In this document: positions 38,952 through 51,535 of the stretch, piece after piece
How positions within the stretch are numbered: position 1 is the stretch's first letter
Layout: each line of letters starts with the position of its first letter
NCBI GenBank assembly: GCA_011109175.1
Contig: RDEW01000018.1
Coordinates: 16,895 to 80,894 of the forward strand
Origin: Dicyema japonicum
Taxonomy: Eukaryota; Animalia; Dicyemida
Length of the DNA: 64,000 bases
Direction of reading: 5' to 3'
The notes under the pieces: generated by a model
Database searches by the model: none
Told to the model about the DNA's origin: nothing
Seen by the model: the letters and a program-made list of their open reading frames with translations, nothing else
Position numbers and translations under genes: made by a program

Positions 38952-40686
38952 CAAATCAAATCAAATTTATTCCAAAGTATGTAAGGAGTTAATTAAAGGG
39001 ATTTTAATCGTGTCCGCCTTTGCGGCCTGGACACTTCACACGTATCCCATCTCCATTGTAGTCGTCCATTTAGTGCGCATTGAAAAGCTGGTTACCCAAC
39101 CTTACTTCGATATCTATTTTTACCGGCCTGACAAGGCTATTCTCTTCCTCGGAGAGGCTTTCATGTAATTTCCTCACCAGAGATATTTTATCGCCGCTCG
39201 CCTTGTTTTCTCCAGGCGAGCGAGAATCCTTTCTCTCGAGGGAGTATAAAACCATCCCTCGCATCCGTATATCAGTCTTGGGAGACACACAATTCGGAAG
39301 ATATAGAGCATTGTATAGGCATCCAACATTAGTTTTCTGGAGCAGAACATCGCTTGACGGCCTTCTTCCTCCGCTTATCGATGTCCTTCCGATATGATAC
39401 TCTTCCATCCACTGCAATCCCCAGGTATTTCAGGCTAAGACTGTAGGTATCCGTAGCGTATAGGACTCTCTCTGGTGACGACCCAGCCTGTAAATTCGCA
39501 AGTAACTGGATTTTTCTGTGGATTAAATCATCCCTCTCCTATCGCACCAAGCCTGAACTCTGTCGAGAAAAGCCCCGATTCTCGTCGCTCAGAGATGTAT
39601 GCCTTCAGAGATGAGTCTAGGATTAAGATGTCATCCGTATATATCATCAGCTTGGTCCTAATATCTTGTGGAGAAGAAAAGTCTTCAATAAATGTGTTGA
39701 ATAATAGAGGGCTTAGAATAGACCACTACGGCACTCCTCTTTTATACAATATATCTTCGGAATATCTTCCACCACGTTTGCCAGTCAACAGGTTCTTCAG
39801 CCATAGGAACATTTGTCTTGAAATTTTTGATCAAAACAATTGACAGAATAAGGCCTCGTGCACATAAGCCTTAGAGATGTCAGGCAGACAAGGGCTCAAC
39901 TGGCTCCTCTTCTCAAAAGCATTTGCAATCTCATAGTTTAGAGAGTAAATGCAATTTCCGCACGATCTCCCTGGCCGAAAACCCATTGGTAACACTGTAG
40001 AAAATTAATCTTTTCTATATATTGATTCAATTTCTTGAAAATAATCCGTTCCATAATCTTCGATGTAGAACAGATAAGGCTTATAGGCCTATAACTAAGA
40101 GGATCTTTCCTCGACTTTCCAGGTTTAGGGATCATTTTACAATTGAGTGCTTCCATAGTGAAGGGGAATGTCCGAGCTTGAAACTTGCGTTATACATCTT
40201 TTGTAGAACAGATAGAAATTCGGATCCTTCTTTAAACATAGTCATCGGAATGCTATCAAATCCAGGAGCCTTGTTTTTGCACTCCCGTATAGCAGTCTTG
40301 ACTTCTGCCAAGGTGATTTCCTCTACCATACTATTCAGATCGTCTATGGAGTAATCCATAGAGCTAGATATATCTTCTGAGAATTTTTCAGATATAATAC
40401 TGACTGGGTTCTACTCCCTGTATGTTTTCTAATTGTTTCCTGAATACTGACGGTACTCTGTCCAGGGGAATTGTTCTTCATCTTGATCCGCCAGTACAAT
40501 GTTCTTTGCTCTCAAATTTTTGTTGGTCAGTCTGGAGTACAATTTCCAGAAGCAAGGATCTTCCGGTGCACTTTCGAGGCTGCTTTCCTAACTTGGTTTT
40601 CGGAATACAACTTCCAGGCTCTTTGTATAACTTTTTGGATAGCATCGATATTATTTTTCAAAGTTATCCTGTCCCACATGTCCACT
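38952..40686 (-). mobile_element. 5'-truncated Jockey/I-group LINE with (TTTGA)n tail and 13-bp TSD
   Basis: TSD TTTCACATTAATT at 38939-38951 and 40687-40699. KAPGFDSIP, IPKPGK...YRPISLICSTSKIMERII and YTDD. Confidence 0.88.
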
Positions 40687-40754
40687 TTTCACATTAATTT
40701 AATTCTGTTGCCTTAATAAATAAAATCAGAAATATAAGATATTATTAATAAAAA

Positions 40755-40823
40755 CAATTAGGGTGCCTCAAATTTTAGAAAATCAGAAAGGTGCCTCACT
40801 TCAAAAAAGTTTTGGAACCACTG
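40755..40823 (-). repeat. Solo hAT (Charlie-like) MITE terminus
   Basis: The reverse complement begins CAGTGGTTCCAAAACTTTTT, with duplicated GGTGCCTCA subterminal motifs. No partner end found. Confidence 0.5.
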
Positions 40824-41013
40824 TGATAGAGATTTTTTGTGTTCCATAGAGGGGCATCATCACCTCAAACTTAACCAAGATGATCGACATGACAACCATA
40901 ATTCATAGCATTTAATCAATAATTTATAAAAATTAATTTAAATAAAATTATTTGTAAAACAATAAAACTTTATTAAAATTTAAAATTTAAAATACTAAAA
41001 ATTACGACTCACT

Positions 41014-42574
41014 ATGATCTTACATGCATTCTTATCCTAGTTGTGATAATTTCATCAATTCACGTATATATGATTATTTCTAAGACTTATACTCAAACGA
41101 AGAAAGGAAAAAACTAACCGTAGCAGTCGTTGTTGTCGGGGATATTGGTAGAAGTCCAAGAATGCAGAATCATGCACTGTCATTTCCGAAAATGGTTACA
41201 ACTCAATATATTTGGATTTAATGGTTTTTGACTACTCATTTTAGACTCAAAACCTCCCCAAATTTTTTCTGAAAGGGTCAAAATTGTAAACATTAAAAAT
41301 ATCCCACGTGTTCTCAATGTTAGGAATTCAGTTCTTCTTTATGCTATTAAATTTATTTGGCTTCATTTAAGCTTATTTATTTCAATGTTTATTAATTTAA
41401 ACCATAATTTAATAATTGTCCAAGTAATTTAATTTTAATATTTCTATAACCCACCAAGTATCCCTTCCCTTCTTGTGGTCCTCTTAATTTCTATAATAAA
41501 CGGGGCTCCTATTATTGTTGACTGGCACAACTACGGACACACGATTCTGGCATGTAACAATAACAACCACTTACTTTTTGAATTTTATCGAATGTGCAAA
41601 TTATTTATATTTTAGGTATGAACGGGTCCTTGGGAGACTGGGTTCTTTGCATTTCTGCGTCAGTAAATCTATGATGGCGGATTTATTTAAAAATTGGGGG
41701 ATTAGGTATGTTCTTTGTTTGATATTAAGTGCTAAAGTGTTGTACGATAGACCTCCAAGTCGATCTTTGAAGGAATGTTCAATGACAAAAGAGAACATAA
41801 GGACATATTTGGTGCAAAAGTATAAACTATGCGAAAAAATGTGATTTTATTGTTAAATTTTTTTAGTTTATCTCCTAAAACACTTCTTTTGGTTAGTTCT
41901 ACCAGCTGGACAGGTTTTAATAATTGTGATGTAAACAGCTGATGAGGACTTTTCAATTTTACTCAATGCACTTGAAGGTATTAGTCCGTGTGTAACTTAG
42001 ACTATGAGAAGTATTCCGCTAAAAATGATGCATCCGAAGTTTGTTGCATCGTAACTGGTTAATCTGTAAAAATTTACTATGAAGGGAAGGGACCGATGAG
42101 GGAGTTTTATCTCAATTCTGTAGCAAGTCGGGACTTTAAACACGTCACAGTGACCTCAGTCTGGTTGGAAGCTGATGATTACATGCTCATGCTAAGTTAG
42201 ACCGTTAAGGAACTTTCCAGAATCTGCGGATGTGGGAGTATGTCTTCACACGTCCTCATCAGGACTGGATCTACCAATGAAGGTGATTGATATGTTTGCT
42301 GCTGAGTTAATTGTGTTAGCCTATTACTATCCCTGGTTGGTTTTAGTTTGTGTATTATAGTATTGAAGAGTTGGTAGTTCACCAATCGAATGGATTTACC
42401 TTTAAGACATTTCAAGATTTGACTGAGCTTATTATTGTATTAATTATTTGGTGAGTTAAGAACATTTCTTTGGATATTGAGGGGTGTAGAACTAAACTAT
42501 CCTATGGATTTGAATCAGATTGGGAAACTCAGTGGAATAAAATTGTGTTTCCTACTGTTGATTCTATTATATGA
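41014..42574 (+). CDS. ALG1: Chitobiosyldiphosphodolichol beta-1,4-mannosyltransferase, 11 micro-introns
   Basis: [19 protein letters not shown]|[70 protein letters not shown]. Introns at 41224-41244, 41424-41447, 41594-41615, 41706-41729, 41841-41866, 41914-41938, 41978-42000, 42058-42084, 42196-42220, 42336-42360 and 42437-42460 (21-27 nt). Several 1-nt indels in exon 1. Confidence 0.95.
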
Positions 42575-42897
42575 TACTATAATATTACTATGAAATTGAT
42601 TATTTTTAGTTGTTACTTTAATAAACAGTTACACGAGAAGGATTAACAAGAGAATTGGATTAAACTCCGCTTAATTAAATAATTTACTCGTTTTACTTTG
42701 GTAGGAAATTACTATTTTTACACGAAGAGACAAATCTTAATAATATTCTTATTATGTTTAGAAGTATTTTATTTTTTAAAAAAAATTACCCCAATTTTTG
42801 TTTGCATATCATACTTTTTGCAAACAAAATCAAAAATTTGAACGTCGTCTTTGTATCTTTTAGAAGATTTTTAAAGCATATAATATTGTTAAATAAA

Positions 42898-45800
42898 GTA
42901 AATATGATTAAACATGCAACGTGCTTTCGATTCGGTGGCGTTAAAACTCTCTCGAGTTGGCAAAAATGTTGAAAGGAGAAGGGTCACTTGCGTTACCTGA
43001 CGGTATGAATCTAATTCTTGCCATATCCGAGAGCGTTGTGGCAGATGACCCAAAAGAATGGGCGAGACAGGTAGTCCTGCAGGTACGTAGCAGGCTATCT
43101 CGAATGCCCTGGAATGGTTGGCCATATTTGGCGGAGCTCTGCAGTGGCAGATTCAGTACTGCTATATCTGTGAGTGAACTCAAGAAGATGGCTGTAGGCA
43201 AAGAGGGTACTGGCTTAAAGGGGCGGGGACCAGGTGACCACAACTGTCAAAGAGAGCACGAGCATCAGAGCTGTGATATGTTGCAGCTCAAGCATGTTTA
43301 TGAGGTCTTCGCGTGGAATCTCGCTGCAGCGGCAGATATCCCACTTGAGGACCGTAGATTTACCCGCAAGATTCCTCATTGTAAGGTTAACGGTGTAGTG
43401 TTAACCTCCATCAATAAGGTTGTGGCTTATGCGGTGGAGGCTAAGCCAGTAGGGTCATTGGGTGACATCTCCTTAGTGCTGTATGCATCACAGATCACCT
43501 ATGAGGAATTGACGGACAAGCCCAGACCACCCAGTAAATGGAGGAGCAGATCTGTGCCAAGATTGCTTGGAGACAGACTGAGCTGGAGGCACTGGCTATA
43601 ATAAAGGGGCTAATTAGTAAACTCCGTGTTCCCAAATGGGACCTCAAAGAGTTGAGGAGGGCAAAGGTGGAGTTAGAGGGGGCAATAATGGTGTATAAGA
43701 GGAAACTCTATACACATGAAAGTCGGTGTAAGAGAAGGAGAGAAAATAATCTGTTTGAGTTTAATCGCAGATTGTTTTACCGTCGCCTACACGAAAATGG
43801 CCATAGTATATGTTCCCAGCAGGACGCGGAAATGCTTTTCACATAAGGTAGTATGTGGTAGGCTAAACTACGCAGAGGAAATGCGTGAAATGTCCCGTAC
43901 AGGGCCGCTCCTTTTTTGGCGGAATCTTGCGGAATTTTCGATTTTCGCAAGAAATTTAGGCGATAGTGAGACATCTCCCTGATTGGAAACGACCGGGGTC
44001 GATAAAGTTTATAATTTTTTTATCAAAAGATGCACTTCATTACACGAGTCTATGTGTCGTGTATTACAGAAAAGCATCACTAACCCGGAAACGATTCTTG
44101 ATTGGGCATGCACAGGGACAACTTATTTGATTCCAAAGCTGGACAACCCCCATTCTGTTGCAGATTATCGACCGATAACCTGCATGCCAACCCTGTATAA
44201 GCTGATGACCAAATTGGTGGCTAATGAGGTCAGGAGCTTTGTAGAGCAAATGGGATTCTCTCCGAGAATCAGTTGGGAACTGTGCGAAATTGTCAGGGGG
44301 CAAAAGAGCAGGCTTTGATCAACAAATGCCTTTCTGTGTCTCACGGAAACTCACTTTTGTCTATGTGGGTGGATGTGAAGAAGGCTTACGATTCAGTTGA
44401 TCATTCTTACCTTGTCGAGTGCCTACACAGTCTGTGTATGCCTGTGTGGTTCATCAGCTTTGTAGTGGCTGTGATGAATAGGTGGAGTATTCATCTGAAC
44501 TATAATAGGCACCGGATAGGCGAGGTAAAACTCAAGAGGGGGATCCTTCAGGGGGATAGCATGTCTCCGCTACTCTTTGTTCTCTGTTTGGAGCCATTGA
44601 GTCGCCGCCTCAATGACCGGTTTGAGCAAATACCAGTTCATTGTGAAGGGGTTGTTTCAGTACAAATCACCTTCTTTTTATCGATGACTGAAGATGTATG
44701 CTCGAACAGCCGAGGAGCTCTACTCCATGGGGGTCTGTGCCAGGGAATTCTTTGAGAGTATAGGCTAGATTTGAATTATTCAAAGTCTGCGACTAACACG
44801 CAAGTATGTAGCGAGTTAGTAAGAGTCCTAGAGGAACACGAAGGATATAAGTATCTGGGTGTTACCGAATCTCCAAAGTCCCTTATAATGCCTGAGACAA
44901 AGCGACAAATTACTGAAGGCATCCGTAAAAGAGCAGCGTTATTGTGTAAGACGTCTCTAAATGCAAGGAATTTGTTCCTAGCATTAAATGAGTATGCTGT
45001 CTCGCTGCTAAACTACTACATAGGTGTTGTGGAGTTTGAGCCCAAAGAGTATGATGAGATGGATGTTATGATCCGTGGAGTACTCAGAGAGAACCATGTC
45101 CATGTGCTGGCAGCCAATAAGGAGAGACTATATTTACCCCGTGATAAATTCGGCCGTGGACTGTGTGGAGTAGTCCAACTAAGTGAGCGTATCCTAATGC
45201 GAATGCACGACACCCTGATAGCTGGGTCAAGTGTGTCTGCTAGGAAGCACGCCATAATAACGACCGAGAAAACACGGGCAACCCACCTAGGCACTATCAG
45301 ACCTTTTTTGTCTGCTAAGTATGGTGTTGATGATGGTGGGCTAGTAAATGTGAAGGCGTTGATCGAATTACAATATAATAATTTGATGGAAAAGATCAAC
45401 TTAAAAAGCCTTCATAAGGTCCTCTTCAGAGCATTGGACAACCCACATGTCGACCTTAAGTCGTCGACAATATGGCTAAAATACGGTGACAACTCACCTC
45501 GATCGGGGCGTTGTACACGTATATGCAAGACCGCAATATTTTTTGGGGTCGATCAACAAATACATGTCCCCACTGTAAGTCAAGGAGCATGTCGGTTGAT
45601 CATTTAGCCACTCGATGTGGATCCATGCTCTGCCACGACTATGTGTGGAGGCATAACGAGGTAGTAAGGAGTCTTCATCTTCTACTATGCAATAAGTATG
45701 GTATTCGCCACACCAGAAAGTTGCGGACTCATAAGGTGCAATCTGTAGTAGAGAACACCAGGGTCCAAATTATGGTAGACTGTGTTATCCGTACCTCGGT

Positions 45801-46294
45801 GCTAGTCAAGACAATAAACCGGACATTGTGGTACACGATAAGGAGTCTGGCCAAGTCCTTATCATAGAGTTGGCATTACGTCTCAAGACCGTTTGCAGAC
45901 TGTGGAGGTGGAGAAAAAAGGAAGTATGACTTTCTTGCAAACGAGATGGGGCAGATGCTTGGTTGCAAGGTCCTCGTTATTCCTATAGTAATGACGTGGG
46001 AAGGAATTGCAACAAAGTACCACAAGGGTTATCTGAAGCAGTTGGGGGTAGATAGGAAGCTCCAGGCCTATCTACAGTCCACTGTGTTAAAGCGGACCCT
46101 AGAGAGCCTGACACTGGAGTATAGGAGGCAGAGCCCTGAGATGCCATATGGGCAGAGGGTTCAATTGGACAAGGCGCTCTCGGAGTTGTTTCAGCAACCA
46201 GAATCGAACCTGCCTGAGTAGGCTGGCGAACAGGCAGGCAAGGAAGGTTGTTGATTATTAAATATATTAACTTTTTTATTGTTTGTTAAATAAA
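42898..46294 (+). mobile_element. Near full-length R4/NeSL-like RLE non-LTR retrotransposon
   Basis: YRPITCMPTLYKL, DVKKAYDSVDH, GILQGDSMSPLLF, YKYLG, ERLYLPRDKFGRGL; CPHC...DHLATRC...RHNEV (CCHC); PDIVV...IIE(V)GITSQDRLQTVEVEK (PD-(D/E)XK). 12-bp direct repeat TTGTTAAATAAA at 42886-42897 and 46283-46294. Confidence 0.9.
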
Positions 46295-46309
46295 ATGGGA
46301 TTAATTTAA

Positions 46310-46790
46310 TAAAAGTAATGGCAAATCTCCATTATGTCCTGCAGTCATTGAGCACACAATGGAGTTGCCTTTCATAATCGGGAGCCCAATGCTCTGGAAG
46401 AGCCAAGCGTCATTATAGGCTCTCCCTTTTGCAGTTCTGCAAACCGTCCGATTAATCTGTTAACTCATACGTGCTCGGGCCAATAACGCAAGGCATCTCA
46501 ACGCAGATCGGTTTGAAAACGAATCGGTCCACTACGTCGTGGTACTTTTTCCTTTTCAAATCTTCAGCTGTGCTCGCTTCGGAAGCCGCGTGCAACGATG
46601 ATTTAAGCAAATTACCATTAGAGAGAGTTTCCATGCGCGTTGAATCCCAAGTAAGACATTTCCATTGGCTTCATGGCATGGTTGTTACGCCATACGGCCT
46701 TTTGCCATCACCTCTGTCAAGACCGACAAGTCCCAAAAGGCAAGTAAACCTGGCGTTTTTGATAACTCTCATGACTGTCAAGTTTAAAAG
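46310..46790 (-). mobile_element. CRE-like 3' end (RLE domain), tail-to-tail with the R4-like element
   Basis: KRPYGVTTMP, WKCLTWDSTRMETL, KRKKYHDVVDRFVFKPICVE and IMKGNS. Confidence 0.8.
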
Positions 46791-47199
46791 ATTTTCTGTA
46801 AAAGATAATAAAGAATACGACTTACTAAGATGCATCCTCGAGGAACAAGGCGTGGATTAGATAAGAAGTATAGAATTAAAAGAAGGCTAAAAACTTTGTT
46901 TTGAATGACGGAAAGCTCTATCACAAAGATGCTAACAGTATTCACAAGATTGTAATCGCTTCAAAAAACACAGAAGAGATGTGGATAATTGATAATGAAA
47001 TGCATAATCTAATTATTGTGGACACAATACTTTGGATGCATTGTGTCGTTAAAGATAATCTTTTATTAAAAGAAGTATTATTTGTCAATGGTAAGAGACT
47101 GCGATATATGCCACCGCATTCATTTACAGGTAAATTGGATTTTTTATTTTTTAGGCGTTAGTCCGTTCCAAAGATGTCAAGTAGTATCCAAAAAGATTA

Positions 47200-49030
47200 T
47201 GGGACGAATTTTTCTCTTTGCTTAAAAAATTAGAACATCCATATGGAGATCCAGAGGTGTATACATCCAGATGTCCCCGCCCTCATTATAGAACAAAGGG
47301 AACTAAGATTACAACTGGAAAAACGTCTGATCCGGACAGGAAACAAATCTTGAAATCTAGAAGAAGATCCACCCAGAAAACCATAAAGATTTTGAATAAG
47401 ATGCACGCCACTAACCTACTTGAACTAAGAGCTGCAGAAGTTGAACAGTTAAAAGACTCATCAAAAATGTTAACAGAAGAAAACAAACGAACAAACTCAA
47501 ACTCCATGACGGAAATGGAAAATTCTTAACAAATCCCTTGGATCAGGCTGAATATATTGCGTCGTATTTCGAGGATATATTAACTGTCCGCGGAGAAATA
47601 TCTGATCATACTTGTGGATACGTCACCTAACTTGATAAAGCTATCACATCTGGCGAAATCTCAAATGCTTCAGCCACCTGCACTAGCAGACAAACTGGCA
47701 GAACTACCCAACTCTATGTTTATAAAAAAGAATACCCAGCTCTTGGATCCGGACTATTAATACCAATATAAAAACCTAACAAGCATGCTGGGCCTGTTGA
47801 AAACTTACGTCCAATGATCCCGCTAAACACAGTTACGCTGAACCGAATCAGAGAACAAGTGGACAACTATCTATCCCCTAGTCACAGTAGATTCAGGACA
47901 GGAAGATCCACTGCGGATGTAGTATAGAGCCACAAGTGGCGCTGCGCTATCAACCAGAAATTTGAAAGTGCAACAAAAGTCCTGGGAATAGACCTCTCTA
48001 GGGCCTTTGACACGGTCCGTCGTGATCTACTTCGCAGGATACTGAAACAATTCTTGGACCCTGATTCTGTCAGTATGATCAGAGTGTTGCTATTTAACAC
48101 GAAGCTCAGAGTGCGGGTCGGTAAGACGTTATCCCGTGAATTTACGTGCAATGTTGGTACTCCCCAGGGAGATTCCCTCTCGTCCCTGCTATTTGTCATA
48201 TATCTGGAGGCGGCATTACAAGATCTTCGGAAGTTCTATGATGGCAACATCGTCGAAATTACCTATCCAGACGACGTCGATTTTGTGTTGTTAGAAGACA
48301 AATCGGCCCTACATCGACTCCTCGAGGTGGCCCCTGCTGAGCTGAACAGATGATTCCTTGGAATGAACACTGCAAAAACTGACATTGTGGAAATCAGGAG
48401 AATGGAAAGCAGATCAAGTGAAACATGGCTAAAAACAAATAAACTTGGCTCTTTACTTGTAGACAGTCAGGATATTGCCAGAAGGAAGTCCCTCGGTTGG
48501 GTAACGATGAACAAGTTAAAAAAAGAGTGGATTGCTAAACGACGATCCTCCACATCACTTCGTTTGAGACTGTATGAAGTCTTTGTCAAGCCGATTCTAA
48601 TGTGCATTTCATCGACCTGGGGAACGTCCGAAACCGAACAACTTGGACTAGACTCTTTCCATCGAAGACAACTTAGATCCTTACTAGGACTGAACTGGCC
48701 AGCAAGAATAAACAAGGAATCGCTGTACAAGAGATGTTGCACGGTTCCACTGAGTCTCGAAATTGCTGATCTGCGTTGGAGGCTATTTGGACATATCTTA
48801 CGTATGGACTTAACCGCTCCACCCAGCATTGCAAGGGAGGATTACTTCATGTGACAGGGACCGTGTTTTCGTGGACGCCCGCGTATTACACTACCAGAAA
48901 CACTTGACGGAGATCTCAAGCTCGTGAACAAACGTCTAAGAAGTGGGGACCACCTGGACGAGTTGAAAAAACTCTCTTACAATCGAGGAGGTTGGAAGAA
49001 GTTGGTTTGGATGATAATTTTTAATGCTGC
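47200..49030 (+). mobile_element. RTE-like LINE, RT and 3' part
   Basis: DLSRAFDTV, GTPQGDSLSSLLF, YPDD, KLGSLL, LRLRLYEVFVKPIL and WRLFGHIL. Confidence 0.85.
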
Positions 49031-49289
49031 ACGAGTGAAATTATAACTATTATGATTTTACGAATGTTGCTTATAATAATAAGCAAGACACAATTGTCGA
49101 GAAAATTTCTAACAATTTTGTTGTTGGTATAGTGGACTATTAAAAAACTTATTCGAAAGAAAATACTTTTAAAAAAAGTTGATAAGTTGTTTTAATTTTC
49201 TTAGATATAATTCACTAATGAATGAGACAAGCATGATCATAGACGAGATATAACCTGAGTTTGACCAGCATCGTCTGGCTTGTCTGGCT

Positions 49290-51220
49290 TCTTCATCGAC
49301 GAACGAAAGTGGTGCCTGGCTCAGAGCATTATCATGTACCTCACTTGGGACGACACGACGAGGATTGGGGTTTTCGTCCGCCACGGAATGGATGTCGCTG
49401 TAGATATGGAGAATGGTCGATGCGAAAAAATCTTCACGCTCTTTCTTATCGGAGAAATGCTGGAAGGAGTCCAAGACACTCCACAATCATGGAGTTATTG
49501 CTTGGGGACTTGAGGCAGCTGGATTTCCTGTTCAATTGCACCAACCAACTAAAGACCGGACGGAACTATTCTCTTCACACGAGAAAGCGACATATACTTT
49601 GCCTGGGACGCTACCTGCGTGAATAGCCTCTCTCTCCAAGCTTGTTATGACAGCAGCAACTAACAACTAACACAGACTCTGCTTCGAAGAAGGCTGAGAG
49701 CCTAAAGATGAAGAAATACATATGTCTTGGTGGACAGTTCATTTCTATGGAAACGTCAGGAATCATAAGAAGCTGCTCCTACTAAACAGAATCGGATCGA
49801 TCATCACGAAAAAGAAAAATGATGGGAGAGAAAGGAGCTGGCTCATTGAACGCATTTCCTTTCAAATCGACAAGAAAAAAGCGTTCTCAATTATAAACGA
49901 ATCAGATATAATGACTGGAATTAAATCCTTCTCATCATACTGCTGCGGGGGTTTGGATTTGCACCCTGTGCATATTCGAGATCTTTCGTCATTTTTAACT
50001 TTTGAGATGCTTCTCACTAGACAGCACACAACTTGTAACATCGTTAACCAAAATCATTAACCTGTTTACATCCGGAAACATCCCCTTTGTTTGTGAACTC
50101 TTTTTCCGCCTTATTTTTTCTTTTCTGAAAACCCGTTGGTGTAGTCAGACCAATTGCCCTTGGAAGATTTTTTCCCAAAACTTATTCCAAAACTTTCTTG
50201 CTGTTGTGTTATTGATGATCTATCATGTTTACTAAAACCAGTAAAGCTCGGAGTGGCTGCAAATCGGCCATTTATGTCGTTCGTTCTTTTGTATAATAAA
50301 GAGGATAAGCCGGGAATTATTGTGAAGCTGAACATTTCCAACGTCTTTAATTTGGTTAGAAAGGATCATCTACTAGAAGTCGTTCTGATGAGGGCCATAA
50401 ACATTATCCATATTCCGTATCTCGCATAGATACTCTAAATCATCTCGTTATTGGCTATGGATTTATTAAATCATCGACTGGGATCCAACAAGGTGATCTC
50501 TTGGTCCATTTTTTTTCCTTTGCAGCTGACGAGGCTGCCCGTGCATGTGACATGGTTTTCAATTATTGGTATTTGGATGATGCTACAATTGGCGGTTCAA
50601 CATTAACCACTAAGCTTAACGAGCTTGATTTCCATAATGCTTTTTCCTCCTGAAGAATCATATATTCCATCGGAGATTAATGTTTTTTGGGTGTTACTCT
50701 TCATGTTACCTCTTTCCGGAAAGCCTGGAGAATTTCAACAAACTTATTGCCAAATCTATTGATGAATTTATTAATATCAAGTTCGATAACATTGGATTGA
50801 TACAAGCTTTCTTACCCATCAGATTTAGGGCATCGGCTTAACTTCTGTGGACATTTCCTTGCCATCTTATTTGTCCTCATTATCAAGCAACATGTTAATC
50901 ACCCGGAGTATACTTCTAGATTTCTGCAAATCCGCTCTGGATAACAAAATTGCTGCTGGGTTGAAAAGTTGGTTGGTGGCTTTTTAAAAAACCCCTTTTG
51001 ATTCAACTGGACCAACCTCAGGTAAAGAATACTCAATCGACCCTTTTGGAAACAAACGACTTGCACCTTTAGGGTTGTATTCTGTCAGCCTCTTCCCCTT
51101 CAACGGTACTTGGGTGTTTCTATCATTTTCAATTGGTTCCCTTCTGGATCAGGATACCATTCGAATTGATCTTTCCGTTCGTCTCGGGGTCGATTTCCCT
51201 TTTCTCAGCTTCTTAATGGA
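49290..51220 (+). mobile_element. Two abutting, strongly degenerate CRE-like segments (RLE part 49290-49900, then RT part 49900-51220)
   Basis: GAWLRAL, RPDG, AWDATCVNSL and ERISFQI, followed by GGLDL, RPIALG, KLGV, TGIQQGD, WYLDDATIGG and ASLPIRF. Confidence 0.7.
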
Positions 51221-51535
51221 CTATCAGCAACTATGATAGCTGGATGCAATTAATTAGTTGTTTACTATTAATCTTTTTTTGGTGTATGGTTAATAAAATT
51301 AAAATCTATTAGATCCAATCTCTAATTAGACTATTCATTTCATATAATAAAATAACATTAACTAATAAACATGCTAAGGTCTTAAAGCTGTTATGTAAAT
51401 ATTCTGATTAAACAACAATTGACTTTACAAACAATTTAGTTCAGTAAAACTTAAATAATTGATAAACGTCATTCTTTGTGAATTATGACGTTATTACTGT
51501 AAAATATAAATATACAAAATAATAAAAATTATAGA

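Noticed and set aside
25872-40823. CAGTGTTTCTCGAA at 25872 and the rc CAGTGGTTCCAAAA end at 40823 as the two TIRs of one 15-kb hAT element
   Set aside because: Only about 10 of 14 bases match and the 8-bp flanks differ (TTAAATAC vs TGATAGAG), so there is no TSD. They are treated as unrelated solo ends.
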